DNA of 64,000 bases from Adineta vaga (taxonomy: Eukaryota; Animalia; Rotifera): assembly GCA_021613535.1 (NCBI GenBank), contig CP075492.1:6944001-7008000 (forward strand). Direction: 5' to 3'. Below the pieces are notes generated by a model that saw nothing but the letters and a program-made list of their open reading frames with translations, was not told the DNA's origin and searched no databases. A program made the translations under genes and the position numbers. Each line of letters opens with the position of its first letter. Within the stretch, counting starts at the first letter, position 1. Positions 48,901-60,901 of the stretch are shown here, in pieces.

Positions 48901-49267
48901 GAGCAAATGTTGTAGAAAAGATAATAAACACTTGTTCCATCTTAATACTACTAATGAATTTAATACATTCGTGAATGTCGGTAAATGTGTTAACTGTATT
49001 TACAATTTGTCGAAATTTTGTAATAGAATTTCGACAATTCTCGTCATTTTCAACATCAATATTATTATCTAACCAGACAAGCACAAAATTTTGAATTCTA
49101 CGAACACGAGGTTTTGGAGGTTGAAGGATAATACTGTTATGTTTCAGTAACAGTGATGAACACAGCGACGCTACGGCACTGATATTTTCAGAATCGATCA
49201 TTGATTTCTTCGTCCTTTTTGTCTTGATATTTTTAAAACGATTGACCAATTTCTTCAACCTATCCAT
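45967..49267 (-). CDS. ADP-ribosyltransferase (R-S-E type) + 42-aa TPR repeat protein, split by a 1-nt frameshift
   Basis: N-terminal alpha/beta domain (NFVLVWLD...IYIF); ART motifs LYRGQ, FLSTS and QAEEEILF; 13 full 42-aa HPD-containing TPR units. The two ORFs join if one base at ~48815 is removed. Confidence 0.85.
46050..47700 (-). repeat. 126-bp tandem coding repeat (TPR array)
   Basis: The HPDLA..Y..IG.VY..MG.Y.KAL.FHEKAL.I unit repeats 13 times, followed by a capping partial unit. Confidence 0.9.
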
Positions 49268-49681
49268 CTTCTAAATTTTACAGATATATTAGAAATGAAT
49301 ACGAACAGTTATTTACCTTTTTCCTTATATATAGGCGTACACAGTTAATACGCCACACATACACATGTTTTTATTATATACGTCAATACAAGTCAAGGAT
49401 GGTTTGAAAACAAATAACAAAATCGATCGAGATTGCTTTTTGATATGTACTCGTACATTAAAAGATACAGTGCAGGGAAACGATCATTAGATCGTGATAA
49501 TGACATTTATTGATCATATATCTATCGTTTCTTTTCATCTCGTTAAAACAGGAACGCTATCCAAACAACGTCAGAAGCCTATACATTTGAAAAGAAAAAA
49601 AAATTTGGCACAATCTTCAGGCAAACTTTTTTAAAAATAACCAAAGCGAAAAGTTTGACTTTAGGAGGTAGCAAACGAATA

Positions 49682-52029
49682 TTATTCATTTGTATCTTGA
49701 GTCGATATGACTTCTTGATCAGCAATAGTATCAGCATCAGCAATCGCTGCATCCAATGCCACCGTGTCAATAAGTAAACTTTGATCATTAATTTGTTCGT
49801 TATATTTGTCAACATTGAGTCTGGCATCTTCTTCATTTTCACTTGAATCATCACTATCATCACTTGCTAAACTTGCTGATTCATTTTCGTCTCGGATGTT
49901 TTTACTGTTGATATCTTTCTGTGTTTCAAACGAACATAAAGATTCACCAAGTCTAATTGGATCACCAGATTTAACATTGAAAACGAGGTTATCAGGTGCT
50001 TCAAAAACAAGAACAATAGTGGAGCCGAAATTAAAATCACCAAAATTATCTCCACGTTTCAGTAACATTCCATTCGTATTTCGAGTAGTTTGAAAAGTTT
50101 TTTCTAATCTTGGTCGAAGACGATTATTTGTTTTCAAATCCTAAACAATTAATATAAATCTTCATAAAAAACATTTAATTATCATGTACGTACAGGATCG
50201 AAATGAACATTGATACTTCCAACAATAGTTGCTCCGACAGCTGTCATGGAAAAAAATCCATACTTCCACGAACCATAATAAGCTGCTCTTTCATTCAAAC
50301 AAAATAAATTTTGAAGCCAACTAGCAACCTTAGGATTGACAGAAAATAAATGTCCAATATAATGACGACGCCAACTTATTTGCCTAAAAGGAAAAATAAA
50401 AGTGATGTTCTGTCAGATTATTAATAACATTTCAATAGTTCTAAAACCTATGATGAGTGTTTATTTCACAGGAATATTTAGAAGATGTGAGGTTCAATTT
50501 GTGAGGGATATTATACGAAATCGTCGTTTACAACATAGAACTATTTGAACATCTTGTCTAAAAACTAGTGATACAAGAAAGTAGAGATAAAACGATCCAA
50601 TCGGTAATGCATAACCTAGTGTTGTAGCGAGATTAAAAAAGAATGTTTCTTCAATCGTTTGCAAAGAAGATTTCTTTTGAGAATCGGTGCACAATCGATA
50701 GATTCTCATTATAACAATAGGTAGAGTACTGAGAAATATTAAATCAAACTGTACAAATACCATTCGATTCACTTGTTCTTGCGGCAGATTTCGTCGTGTT
50801 AATAAACTGAATAGAGCTACTATAATCAAAGGTACACCAAGAGTGACTACTCAACTAAAATAGGAAATGAATTGTGCATATACAAATGATGAAAAAACGT
50901 TCAATGCTGTTATATCAATAACCGAAACGATGACATTTGATATTGATTGTAATTGAAGAATTTCAGTATTTCTAGTTGTGGTTACCATCGTTAATATATT
51001 TGAGAAAAATAAGGAAGAACAAACATGAGATATTAATTGTTGGCTCAGGCTGTTTCTAACATTCTTATTAATCTACATATTTTTATTCTAGATAGTTGAT
51101 AACGATATTGGAAATTTAATTCATATCAATGAATATATGAGAAGTGCAATAAAAGCTCATCTTACCATTCAGTTGGTGAATGAAATCGATGATAATCTCC
51201 GGGAGCAAGATAGATGACCTACAGGAAGAACAAATCTTTGATTTACAAAAGAAAGAATACTGTGTTTTTAAAGAATTCTTACTGCATAGTAAAGTGCATG
51301 ACCTCGATATTTAAGTAAACTTTCTGCATATGAATGTGCATCATCATGATCACCAGAAGAATTCTGTTTCGTTCGATTTTGTTGTTGTTGTAATTTCAAT
51401 AAACCAGCAGTTAATGGTACGCCAAGAAATGACGATGCTGTATAAGTAATACCTTTGACTTGTTCAATTAAACCACGAGAAACTTTTCCACATGTTAAAA
51501 CACGACCATCACATGGTGAAACAATCGGTGATTCTTTATTGATTGGTCGTAATTCCATTTTAATTTTCCGACGAAAAAATTCCGATATCGTTCGATAAGA
51601 TGTAAGATCTTCGTTGTACATTTCGTGAGCATGACAACAGAAAACTTTGATATAAAAACGAAAGATAAGTGGTCGTAACCATACAGGTAAATAAAGACGA
51701 GCTACCCAGCCCATTATTCGAGAAATTAATTTCAATGGTAACATTTTATAAATGGAAACTTTCGATGGCGCTTTGGGTTTTCGAATAAGATTTCGTGGTT
51801 TTTTTACAAAATTTTTCATACGTGCCATACGTCGTGCTGTTGATGATATACCACGTATAGATTTGGACATCGTTCGTTTGACACCAGTACCTAGTTTTTG
51901 TTTAACAAAAGCAGCACTTCGTTTAACACGTCGACTAACCACAAGTGGACTTAATATAAACATCATAATCAGATAAAATGGACTTGGTGAATCACCCGCA
52001 TCAATAAAATCTTCGTCAGGTGAAAACAT
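49682..52029 (-). CDS. PISD: Phosphatidylserine decarboxylase proenzyme
   Basis: [64 protein letters not shown] and the self-cleavage site [11 protein letters not shown]. Confidence 0.93.
50494..50988 (-). pseudogene. Internally deleted rhodopsin-like GPCR pseudogene nested in a PISD intron
   Basis: One frame from ATG 50988 with an in-frame TGA at 50851-50853. TM5-TM7-like [32 protein letters not shown] and [16 protein letters not shown] follow; TM2-TM4 are absent. Confidence 0.6.
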
Positions 52030-52232
52030 TGTGGAGACAAAAAGTGAAATTTATCTATAAATAAAGATGCATTTATTAGATGTGTTAAAACTGATTTACT
52101 AAAAGAGTTTTAATATTAAAAAAAAAGAAGAAAACAATATTTTTGTTCTGTTACTACTAAATAAGGTATCTACACGGTTAGATGCGAACGAAAGGAGAGT
52201 TAGTAAGAGTTAAACCGAGATGAGTTTCATAA

Positions 52233-53727
52233 CTAATTCGTTTTCTTCGTTTTTGTATCACTTTTAATGACGGACATATTTATCATTAGTTGAACAATAA
52301 TATAAGCAATGAGAATAGCAATTGAGAAGATTATCTTAGCAAATAATGTACTATGAAAAATAAATTGAAAAAACCAAATCAATGATGGACAACCAATGGA
52401 TATGAGCCAAAATAATTGTATAAATACATCGGAATAATTTTGAACAACTGATACTTCAGATAAATCGAGACCGGCAAAGTTATCATGTTGAAGAAAATGT
52501 TCGTAAATACTATCCTAAAAGGACATATAAAGATTTAAGCTCTTTTGTGTTTATCAAATATTAATAATTGAAAATTACTTTTTCTTGGAAAAGTTGATGC
52601 AGCCATTTGGAACATTGCAATTCATCTTCATATGGAATTTGTGAAATAGGAAATCGTCTACAATACAATTCTTATCATAATAACTTCGTATCATTGTTAA
52701 CTTACTTGATATAGAGTTGAGCTTTACAAGATTGTCCTCTCAGTAATGTACGAAATGTTGGTGGTGCACTATCCTTGGAAAATGCCAACATGAAATTATA
52801 AACAGCCGGAACTAGCAAAGAATTTAAACGATGAAAATTATGTAAATTCTTCAATTAATTTACTTTTTCCTTTAGCCCCTTGCATGATCATAGAAAAACC
52901 TCTCGTACGAGGTAATATATGATATTTAAGTTCTGGCAGATTTTTCTTACGTGCATATTCCATACTTTCTTCACGTTTTCTTTCTGTGAATCGAGTACCT
53001 TCACAAGCCATTAGAAACTATATAAATAAAAAACAAAAAAGAAATATTATATCTAACATTGATACTAGAATGTGTAACAATTTACACTAAAAGAATAATT
53101 ATCGGGATAACCATTCAACAATTGTTGAATATCATGTTCTAATACTTTCTTATCATTTTCCCAGACTCGACGTAAAAAAATCGATTCCGTAAAAAACCAT
53201 GACCAACCAAGAATTGGTATTAAACTTAACGAATGTTTTCCAACAATTTTCAAACCCTAATTAAATCCATTCAAATCTATGCATGAATAAATTTAATACT
53301 CACTCCAAGTATGCCAATCTTTTGAGCAACAACTAATCCAACTAACCAATCAATTTCATATCGATGATTGACAAGAATGATTGCATATTCTTTCGGCAGA
53401 TCTTTAATATCCTTAGGATCGACATAGAGTTTAATATCAGAATTAGACCACCATGAATATAAAAAAGTTAATTCTATAATCAATGAAATCTTATTGAGTA
53501 AAAAAAAATATAAATACATTTGTTTTCTACTTACGACTCCATAATAGAGCTCCCAGATGATAATTCACACGTCGATATAATGTTTTACTAAATGGCCAAA
53601 TAAATATCCATGAAAGTAGTTGAACAATATTCACAATTAAACCAGTAATAACAAAACAATAACCAATAAAAATTTGTACGGGTAACAATGATTGAATTGT
53701 TCTTAGACGATTTCGATCGAATATCAT
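52233..53727 (-). CDS. 1-acylglycerol-3-phosphate O-acyltransferase AGPAT3/4-like, copy 1
   Basis: Catalytic HX4D NHRYEID, PILGWSW, FLRRVW, CEGTRF, HILPRTRGF; ends KTKKTN* (dilysine ER-retrieval-like motif). Confidence 0.9.
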
Positions 53728-54026
53728 TGATGATTGTCACAAATAATACCACTACGATAGAAAAGAACGACGAAAGAAATAATGTAATGATTTCTTGTCA
53801 AAGAAAAGTTTTGCTTTATTTTCGTTTTCGAAAAACACAAAATATGAAAACGGACGGACAAAAAACAAAACTCATTTCCATTATTAAAAAACGAAACTCA
53901 ATACAAATATAAAGGCATTTGCACGAAGAAAAAAAAACATTTGAATTAAAATAAGAATATTATGAAAAACATTCAATGTCATTCTCAGGAATCTACTTGT
54001 TAATATCACACAAAATTTATTATGCA

Positions 54027-55448
54027 TCATTTATCTTTGTGACTTTCACCATAGTGTGAACCACGTTCTGTTTCTGTAACAGCAATCATTGCTCGAACAC
54101 CAATAGTTGCTAAAGTAAAGAAAAAAACAAAGGATTAGTTAAAGAAAAAATATCGTCAACAATACCAAGCATAACGATGATAACGAAAATTAATTGAGCA
54201 AGAAATGAACTTGTCCAAAGAAATTTGCATAGATATATAACTGACGGTACGCCAATTAATAACATCCAAGTTAATTCAATCAATAGATCTTTGCAGTTTC
54301 TTGGCACTTCAACACGAACTAAACCATTACCTTCAAATGTGCCATGATGAACGAAATAATCATAAATTTTATCCTTCTCTTGGTATAATTTATGTACCCA
54401 ATCACTACAACCTTCTGTATCTTTTGGAATTTCCGAAATGGATGTACGTCGAACATAAATCTCTGCTTGACATGAATGACCTTTTATTATGCTGAGAAGT
54501 GTTGGTTCAGCACCAGTTTTTTTAAAACCAACATTCAAATCATATATCCCAGTAACTAAACAACGAATGACAAATATTTCTGTCATGATAGTATAAGAAT
54601 AGAGAGCAACTTACTTCGATCTTCTGCACCTTGTAATAATAAAGTAAAACCTTTTGTACGTGGTAAAATATGATGTTTTAATTCTGGTAAGCCTTTTTCC
54701 TGAGCAATTTTCATACTTGCTACGCGTTTCTTCTCAGTAAATCGTGTGCCTTCACAAAAGAGTAAAAACTACAAACAAGAAAAGAGATATTGAAAAATTT
54801 CATTCAAAAATTCTTACATTGAAGAAATAATTTTTCGGATAATTTGCTAATACTTTTCGTAAATCTTTAACTAATGTTTCTCGATCACTTTCCCAAACAC
54901 GTCGTAAGAAAATTGATTCCGTAAATATCCAACACCATCCAACAATAGGTACTAATCGAAGAGATTGTTTACCGACTATTTTAGATCCATATATAACACC
55001 AAGACGTTGACAAATGATCCAACCAGCAAGCCAATCAACATCATATTTATGATTCATTCTAAACAATACAATATTTTTGGAATTCATAAAGAAATTAATT
55101 CAACTTACATAACAATAGCATGTTCTTTACGAACTTGCTCTAATACTTCTGGATCGACATACAATACACAATTACTTTTCGACCACCATTGTGCCAAAAA
55201 TGTAAATTCTATGAAAAGAAAATGAAATCAAAGAATATTTTCTATGACAAAAAATAATTAAGAAACTTACGACTCCAAATGCCCAATGCTAAGTAGCAAT
55301 TTATCTTTCTATATAATTCTTTATTAAATGGCCATACAATACAGGAGCATAATTGTAAAAAATTAATAATTAATCCACTGACAAAGAAGATATAGGCAAG
55401 AAAACAGATACTAATAAATGATGATTTAAATTCATCATAAATACGCAT
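54027..55448 (-). CDS. 1-acylglycerol-3-phosphate O-acyltransferase AGPAT3/4-like, copy 2
   Basis: NHKYDVD, PIVGWCW, FLRRVWESD, FCEGTRF, HILPRTKGF, LYQEKD; ends TETERGSHYGESHKDK*. Confidence 0.9.
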
Positions 55449-55475
55449 GATCTGAAACAAATAACAAAGAAGTAA

Positions 55476-56249
55476 TTAGTTTTGTTTTCCTAATAAATGT
55501 TCTTTCATATGATTTTCATCTGTTAATAATGATATGAATAGTACTGGATATTCAATAAATATTCTTTCACGAAAGAGATCAATCATTGTATGAAATGAAC
55601 GTTTTTCATATTTGCCAAATTGTTTTCGTTTTTGACCAAAATTTTCAATATAAACACAAATTTCTTCTTCCGAAGAGATATTCTTGAATTTGGAACGAAT
55701 TGAATCATTCTCATTGCAATGATCACGAAATTTTTCAAGTAAATTTGTTAATGTTGTATCTTTCGTTGGAAGACGTTTGATTGTCCATGGATAGAATACA
55801 TCACTAAAGAATCGACATTCGATATGCCAGAAGATTTCATTTGATTTTCGATCAAACCACATTTGATTTTGTTTATGTCGAGTAGAAAATCGAGGTAAAT
55901 AAAGAACATGAATGGAAGCAAGTGATTTTAATCTTGTTTGAATTAATTTTTGAAAACGTGTTGATTCATTTAATGATTTCATTTTATTAGCAAGTTCGTC
56001 ACGTTTGCTCGTTTCAACTTGACGATCAACTTCCTCTAAGAAACGATAATCTGATAAAAGATCCAAATCTGTCATTGTAGTTAACGATTTAAATGATGTT
56101 TTATCACGTTGACCATTGCAATTCAAAGTTTTTTTATGTTGAAGACAACAGGACAAAGAACATGTACGTAGAGAACATCGTGGACATGTATATTTGATTA
56201 GATTTTGATGACACATCGAACATTTTTTTGGATCTTCACACGATTCCAT
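55476..56249 (-). CDS. ZNHIT6: Box C/D snoRNA biogenesis factor BCD1 (zf-HIT)
   Basis: zf-HIT CSMC..KYTCPRCSLRTCSLSCCLQHK...CNGQR, LLSDYRFLEEV, LPRFSTRHKQN, IFWHIE, IEYPVL. Confidence 0.9.
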   Translation of the reverse strand: MESCEDPKKCSMCHQNLIKYTCPRCSLRTCSLSCCLQHKKTLNCNGQRDKTSFKSLTTMTDLDLLSDYRFLEEVDRQVETSKRDELANKMKSLNESTRFQKLIQTRLKSLASIHVLYLPRFSTRHKQNQMWFDRKSNEIFWHIECRFFSDVFYPWTIKRLPTKDTTLTNLLEKFRDHCNENDSIRSKFKNISSEEEICVYIENFGQKRKQFGKYEKRSFHTMIDLFRERIFIEYPVLFISLLTDENHMKEHLLGKQN

Positions 56250-57589
56250 CTAAAATAATGAACATGTATTGTTAGAAAACTATGTCGAAGGTCGTATTAA
56301 TAAAAGTGCATTACTAGATTAAAGGCCTATGTAATTTCCTTCTCTTCTAGAATATACAATGTAGCCATAAGTTTACTTTCATTAAGGATATCAATATGGA
56401 AAAAAACTTGCATACCTATTCTGTTTTCAACATATTTACTTTTTCGCATAACCTTTGTACTTTATCTTATATTAACAAACAAACTACAGGCGAGATGTAC
56501 TTAATACACGGTTGTCGGATCAAGTTTGTTACATCTTTCTTTCTGAATAAAGATAGTAATTCAACAGCAAAAAAAAGACTTCTTTTCTATTTCCGATTGT
56601 GTAAATATTTAATTAATATACAACATGGAATACGATCAATTATTATTTCAATAATAAATAGAAATCTATAGAGAAATCTCAGTTCTAGAATACAGAAAAA
56701 AGAACATTTATCATGAAGTGACGTTTCGACGAATAAATCGGTTTCTATTTATCGTAAGAGAACATCATTTTTTTTCGCAGATGGACTAAAATAATGATGA
56801 TTTTTTAATCTTGTATTAGAAAAAAATACTCTACGTGCTAGAATTTTTCTATATAACTCAATAAGACGTCGCTATAAATCAATTCTATATAGTTTATTCA
56901 TATTTCATGTATCTGTTATTAATACTACGAATGATTTGATAACAGGAAATGTTATATGATCCTTCTCCTCCTATAACAGTATGTAGTTAAATAATCATGA
57001 TCGCAACAAGATTTCCTTAGCGTAATTAATCATCCAGAATTTGAAAGATCGTTCTAATCTAATAAGAATAATCGACAACATTTTCTTTCTACACTTATCA
57101 TCTGTGAAAGTCATTTCCCTCGATATCTAAACCTCAAAACACATCAGCATCAACACAGAATATAGATCATGTTAAATATACGAGCGACAGGTGCATGATA
57201 ATTACATGTTATGTGATAGAAACAAGATGATCTCATAAGATACGATGCGACCAAAACTACGTTATACTCACTACTCATTTACATTTTTCAATTGAGACCA
57301 CTAAGATAGATGAAGCACCAAGTGCATGCATGTTATGTTGTGTTTTTTCCTTTCCTTCTTGTCATTTTCATTCGACGTTTTTTTACGTCCAATGAAAATA
57401 TATTAAGAACTAGATGTCATTACTTTCTCTTCGATTAGACAAGAACGAGGTGAGCGTTTCGTGTAAATCTAAGTTGCTAAAGTTGAGAAAAATGTAGATG
57501 GATTATATTGAAATATTTTTCTGTAACGAGCATTTAGTTAAGAGAATTGTATGTAAATTTGTGGTTTATTAGAATAGATAGATATAAGT

Positions 57590-58587
57590 ATCAAATATCA
57601 GTTTTGACAATAATAAATTATATTAAATGTGGTATCATCCAAATTGTTTGTTTCGAATTGGTCTTTGTCATGTGTATGATAGTTTGTATGCAGCAATTGA
57701 TATGTCTTCTTGTAATACTTGGAATATATGTTGGATATTCAATGACCAAGATTCATCATCCGAAATTTCTATTATTGCGTCTTGAAATCTTCTTATTAGA
57801 TTCTTGAAAAGTAGTTGAAGTGGATAAAACAAAGCGATTTTTTGAAACTTTAACTTTCTTAGACTTCTTTGATGGACATTCGAGCTTGAAATATAGAATA
57901 AAAAAGTATGTCGTTCGAGTAATAAGCAATATTTATTAATTGATTTCCCTTACGAGCAGAGAAATACAATGATTAAAGAATAATTTCGATTAATATACTT
58001 ACTATGTGACTCTGTTGAATTTAAATCGATTAGTCTGATCGTTGTGAATTTTGGAATGACTTCCAATGAAAGATTGTATTAACAAAAAAATCGATAGAAT
58101 GAAAAGAATATACATTGTGATGTCGAATCTTTGTAAGTAACGGAACAAATTAGCTGAAAACAACGGTCTATATAGAGTTACTAACTTCCTCTTTTGTAAT
58201 TCATTCCTTAGTTTCATGGATCAAATGTGAATAAATAACGATACTAACCTTCACTTAGAAATACCAACAACTAGCGACTCATTTATAACTAGCTCTTGAA
58301 AAATAAACTGTACATTGAAGATAATGAATAAAAGAAAGCGAAGTGATACACTCACTAAGAAGCTGAATTACTTGTTGATTATTAATAAATTGCATTAAAA
58401 GATCAAAAGGTAAGTCTAAATGAAAGAGATTAGGTCCCGCATCAAACATCATTGATAAAGATTTAACTAATCTAAAAGTTTTAACAACTAGCTCCTCTAG
58501 TCTGTTTACATTCGTTTGACGAGTATATTTTGGAAAGTAACATGGTAAAGTATGTAGAAACATAGTGACGCCAATATCATAACACAT
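57590..58587 (-). pseudogene. Decayed coding-like fragments, possibly from an F-box/LRR-like lineage-expanded family
   Basis: The ORF at 58279-58587 has LRR-like PNLFHLDL..LL and ITSLSF segments; downstream pieces are broken by stops. The family call is weak. Confidence 0.3.
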
Positions 58588-58747
58588 TATCGGATGAGAT
58601 AAAGATCAAAAGAGATAATATCATTCATTTTATTTATTAGTTCTTCTTAATAAAGATCAACAGCATAATTAAATTGTTTAATTTTATTGTTTATTGTTAA
58701 CGAAATTATTACTTCATTTTCAACGGACCTTTGATCATATGTACTGA

Positions 58748-58824
58748 CGAGGGAACCTCTCGAGGTGATAAGAAGCTTTTGAATTCGGACTACTTTTATT
58801 TTGTAGATCTTAGTGAGTAGTGAA
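58748..58824 (+). repeat. 77-bp repeat, left copy (inverted partner at 63558-63634)
   Basis: CGAGGGAACCTCTCGAGGTGATAAGAAGCTTTTGAATTCGGACTACTTTTATTTTGTAGATCTTAGTGAGTAGTGAA is 74/77 identical to the reverse complement of 63558-63634. Confidence 0.9.
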
Positions 58825-58828
58825 GATG

Positions 58829-59186
58829 AGCTGCCTAATTCGAGTTATAATATAAATGAAGATTCAGCTCCTTGTTGCAACTTCGAAAATAAATGAACAG
58901 AAAGAAAACTAAAGCTTTTGTTTATAGTACAACTAGTTGTAATTTTGATTTGATATATTTTTAGTTCATTTATATGATTTCCTGTAGAAATAGGAATTGT
59001 TAACAATAGATAGGAATACATTTGTTTTAGTCTTACTTAATTGTAACTCACATATACAGGTGCATCTATGTTTAAATATGAAGTGTAGGTATGAATAAGT
59101 AAAACTATGTCTTCCTCCAGCGCCAATTTTATGCTCAGATATATTTTTGAAATCTCCATTTATATTCGAACTCGAATTAGACAGCT
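58829..59186. mobile_element. MITE-like element with ~36-bp imperfect terminal inverted repeats
   Basis: 58829-58864 (AGCTGCCTAATTCGAGTTATAATATAAATGAAGATT) matches the reverse complement of 59151-59186 at 32/36. The interior is non-coding and AT-rich, and no clear TSD is visible. Confidence 0.55.
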
Positions 59187-60901
59187 ATACGGTCTTTATT
59201 ATAATGTGGATGATAGTGATAGCGTAATTTTGTGAGTAAAATATCAATTGATACAATTATCATAAGAAACATAATTGTTTTCTCTGTTTAGTGTACCAAA
59301 TGCGTATAAAGATAGAGATATTCTACAATGTGATTGGGATCCTAATATAGTGTATTATCCACATTATGCCGGTAAATCAAGAAAAGAGAAAAAATTGTAA
59401 TTTATACATCATTTTTATATTAGTAGATTCACGTTCTCAATCATCAACATCGTCATCTTCATTAAGAAATTTTTGTCGACAACTGTTGATTATAGCTACA
59501 GGTGAGAATATATCACTATAGGTTTTATAAGACCTATGTTGGAGAATTTGATTTCCTATTTATGTGAATTTGCCACTAAATCAAATTGTTCATCGTTTCT
59601 CGAGGATGAATGTCGTTATTGAATGAGATATTGATTTAACAGGAGTTGTTTATTTAAAAGGATTTTCCTCCAGTTCTTCAACTCATAAAAAATTCGAATC
59701 AACTAAATAATTTGGCTATTTATCGTAAGTATCTTTTCCTTATCAAATATTTGTTTGCCATTATATTGTAGCATGAAATTCGTGTTTTTATTTCATTTGC
59801 TTCTTCTCACTTGCTTGTTTATATATATATAAATATTTTCTTTTATGTGTTTTTGAAATAGAAACAAGAATATAATGTCTATTTGTAGTAATTAATGTAG
59901 TTGTCTCATTAACTTTTTATGAAATAAAACTAAAATTGAAAACCTACCTAATTTTATGTTTTCTTTCCAACTACAACTTTTCTATGGATTAATTCGGCAA
60001 TATCATCTTTCTGTGTCAATTTACATGACGATTGGTTGAAACATATCTTTTCATCATATCAATCTATTAGTGTTCTAATAGGAAGAACAATCTTAGTTAT
60101 GTTGTATGCTTTCTTGTTCATTCTTTTGTTTGCTTGTTTTTCTACATTCTTCATTCGTTTTATTTGGCAATCTTTTAAACGATGGTGGACAGAAATTGAT
60201 TTCGATAGTTGTGTAGCACATAATGCTCTATATCAAGAATAAAATGATTGTCTATTCTGTGGATTATGTAGAATTCAAGATAGTTCTAATATGGCATGTT
60301 AAGTCTCAATTTCAATTTAGCAATCTTTTGGAGAATTACTTATTTAATGTCTGTAAATGATTTGTTCAACTGTGACGATGTTACCAGTTTCTGTTCTTTC
60401 TATTATTGTCGTTAATTAAAGAGGATAAAGTAAAAAGAGATCACTGATTGTTGGTAATCATTATTGATGAATTTACAGCACTTAAAGTTTCTAAATATTG
60501 ACCTTCATTGAGCAGTTTGTTATTCATATCACTGTAGCACTTAAAATAATGATTTTTCGGTCTAATTTTACCTAACTGCATATTTATCACATACATAACA
60601 TCTAAAATACTATCTGAGTCTTTAAAACAAACACATTCAACATATAATCCAGTCTTTGAATTGAATTGCTCCATTATCTTTTTCTTGATCATTATTATTT
60701 CTTTTCTAGTTTCCGAAGATAAGGTTTTCTAGAGGAAAAAACTTTATTGAATATTTACATTATATTTTATTCAAAGTGAATTTCTGATATGTGAAAAGAA
60801 ATTTTTAGAAAAATACAGTTTATTAAAAATCAATACGTAACTTTGAATATATTTATTGTTGTTTAGCATTAGATCGATTCATCAATATTCGGTCAATGTT
60901 T

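Noticed and set aside
60441-60692. 83-aa ORF, vaguely ubiquitin-like in size and pattern
   Set aside because: No diagnostic residues and it lies in a decayed region; it cannot be supported without a profile search.
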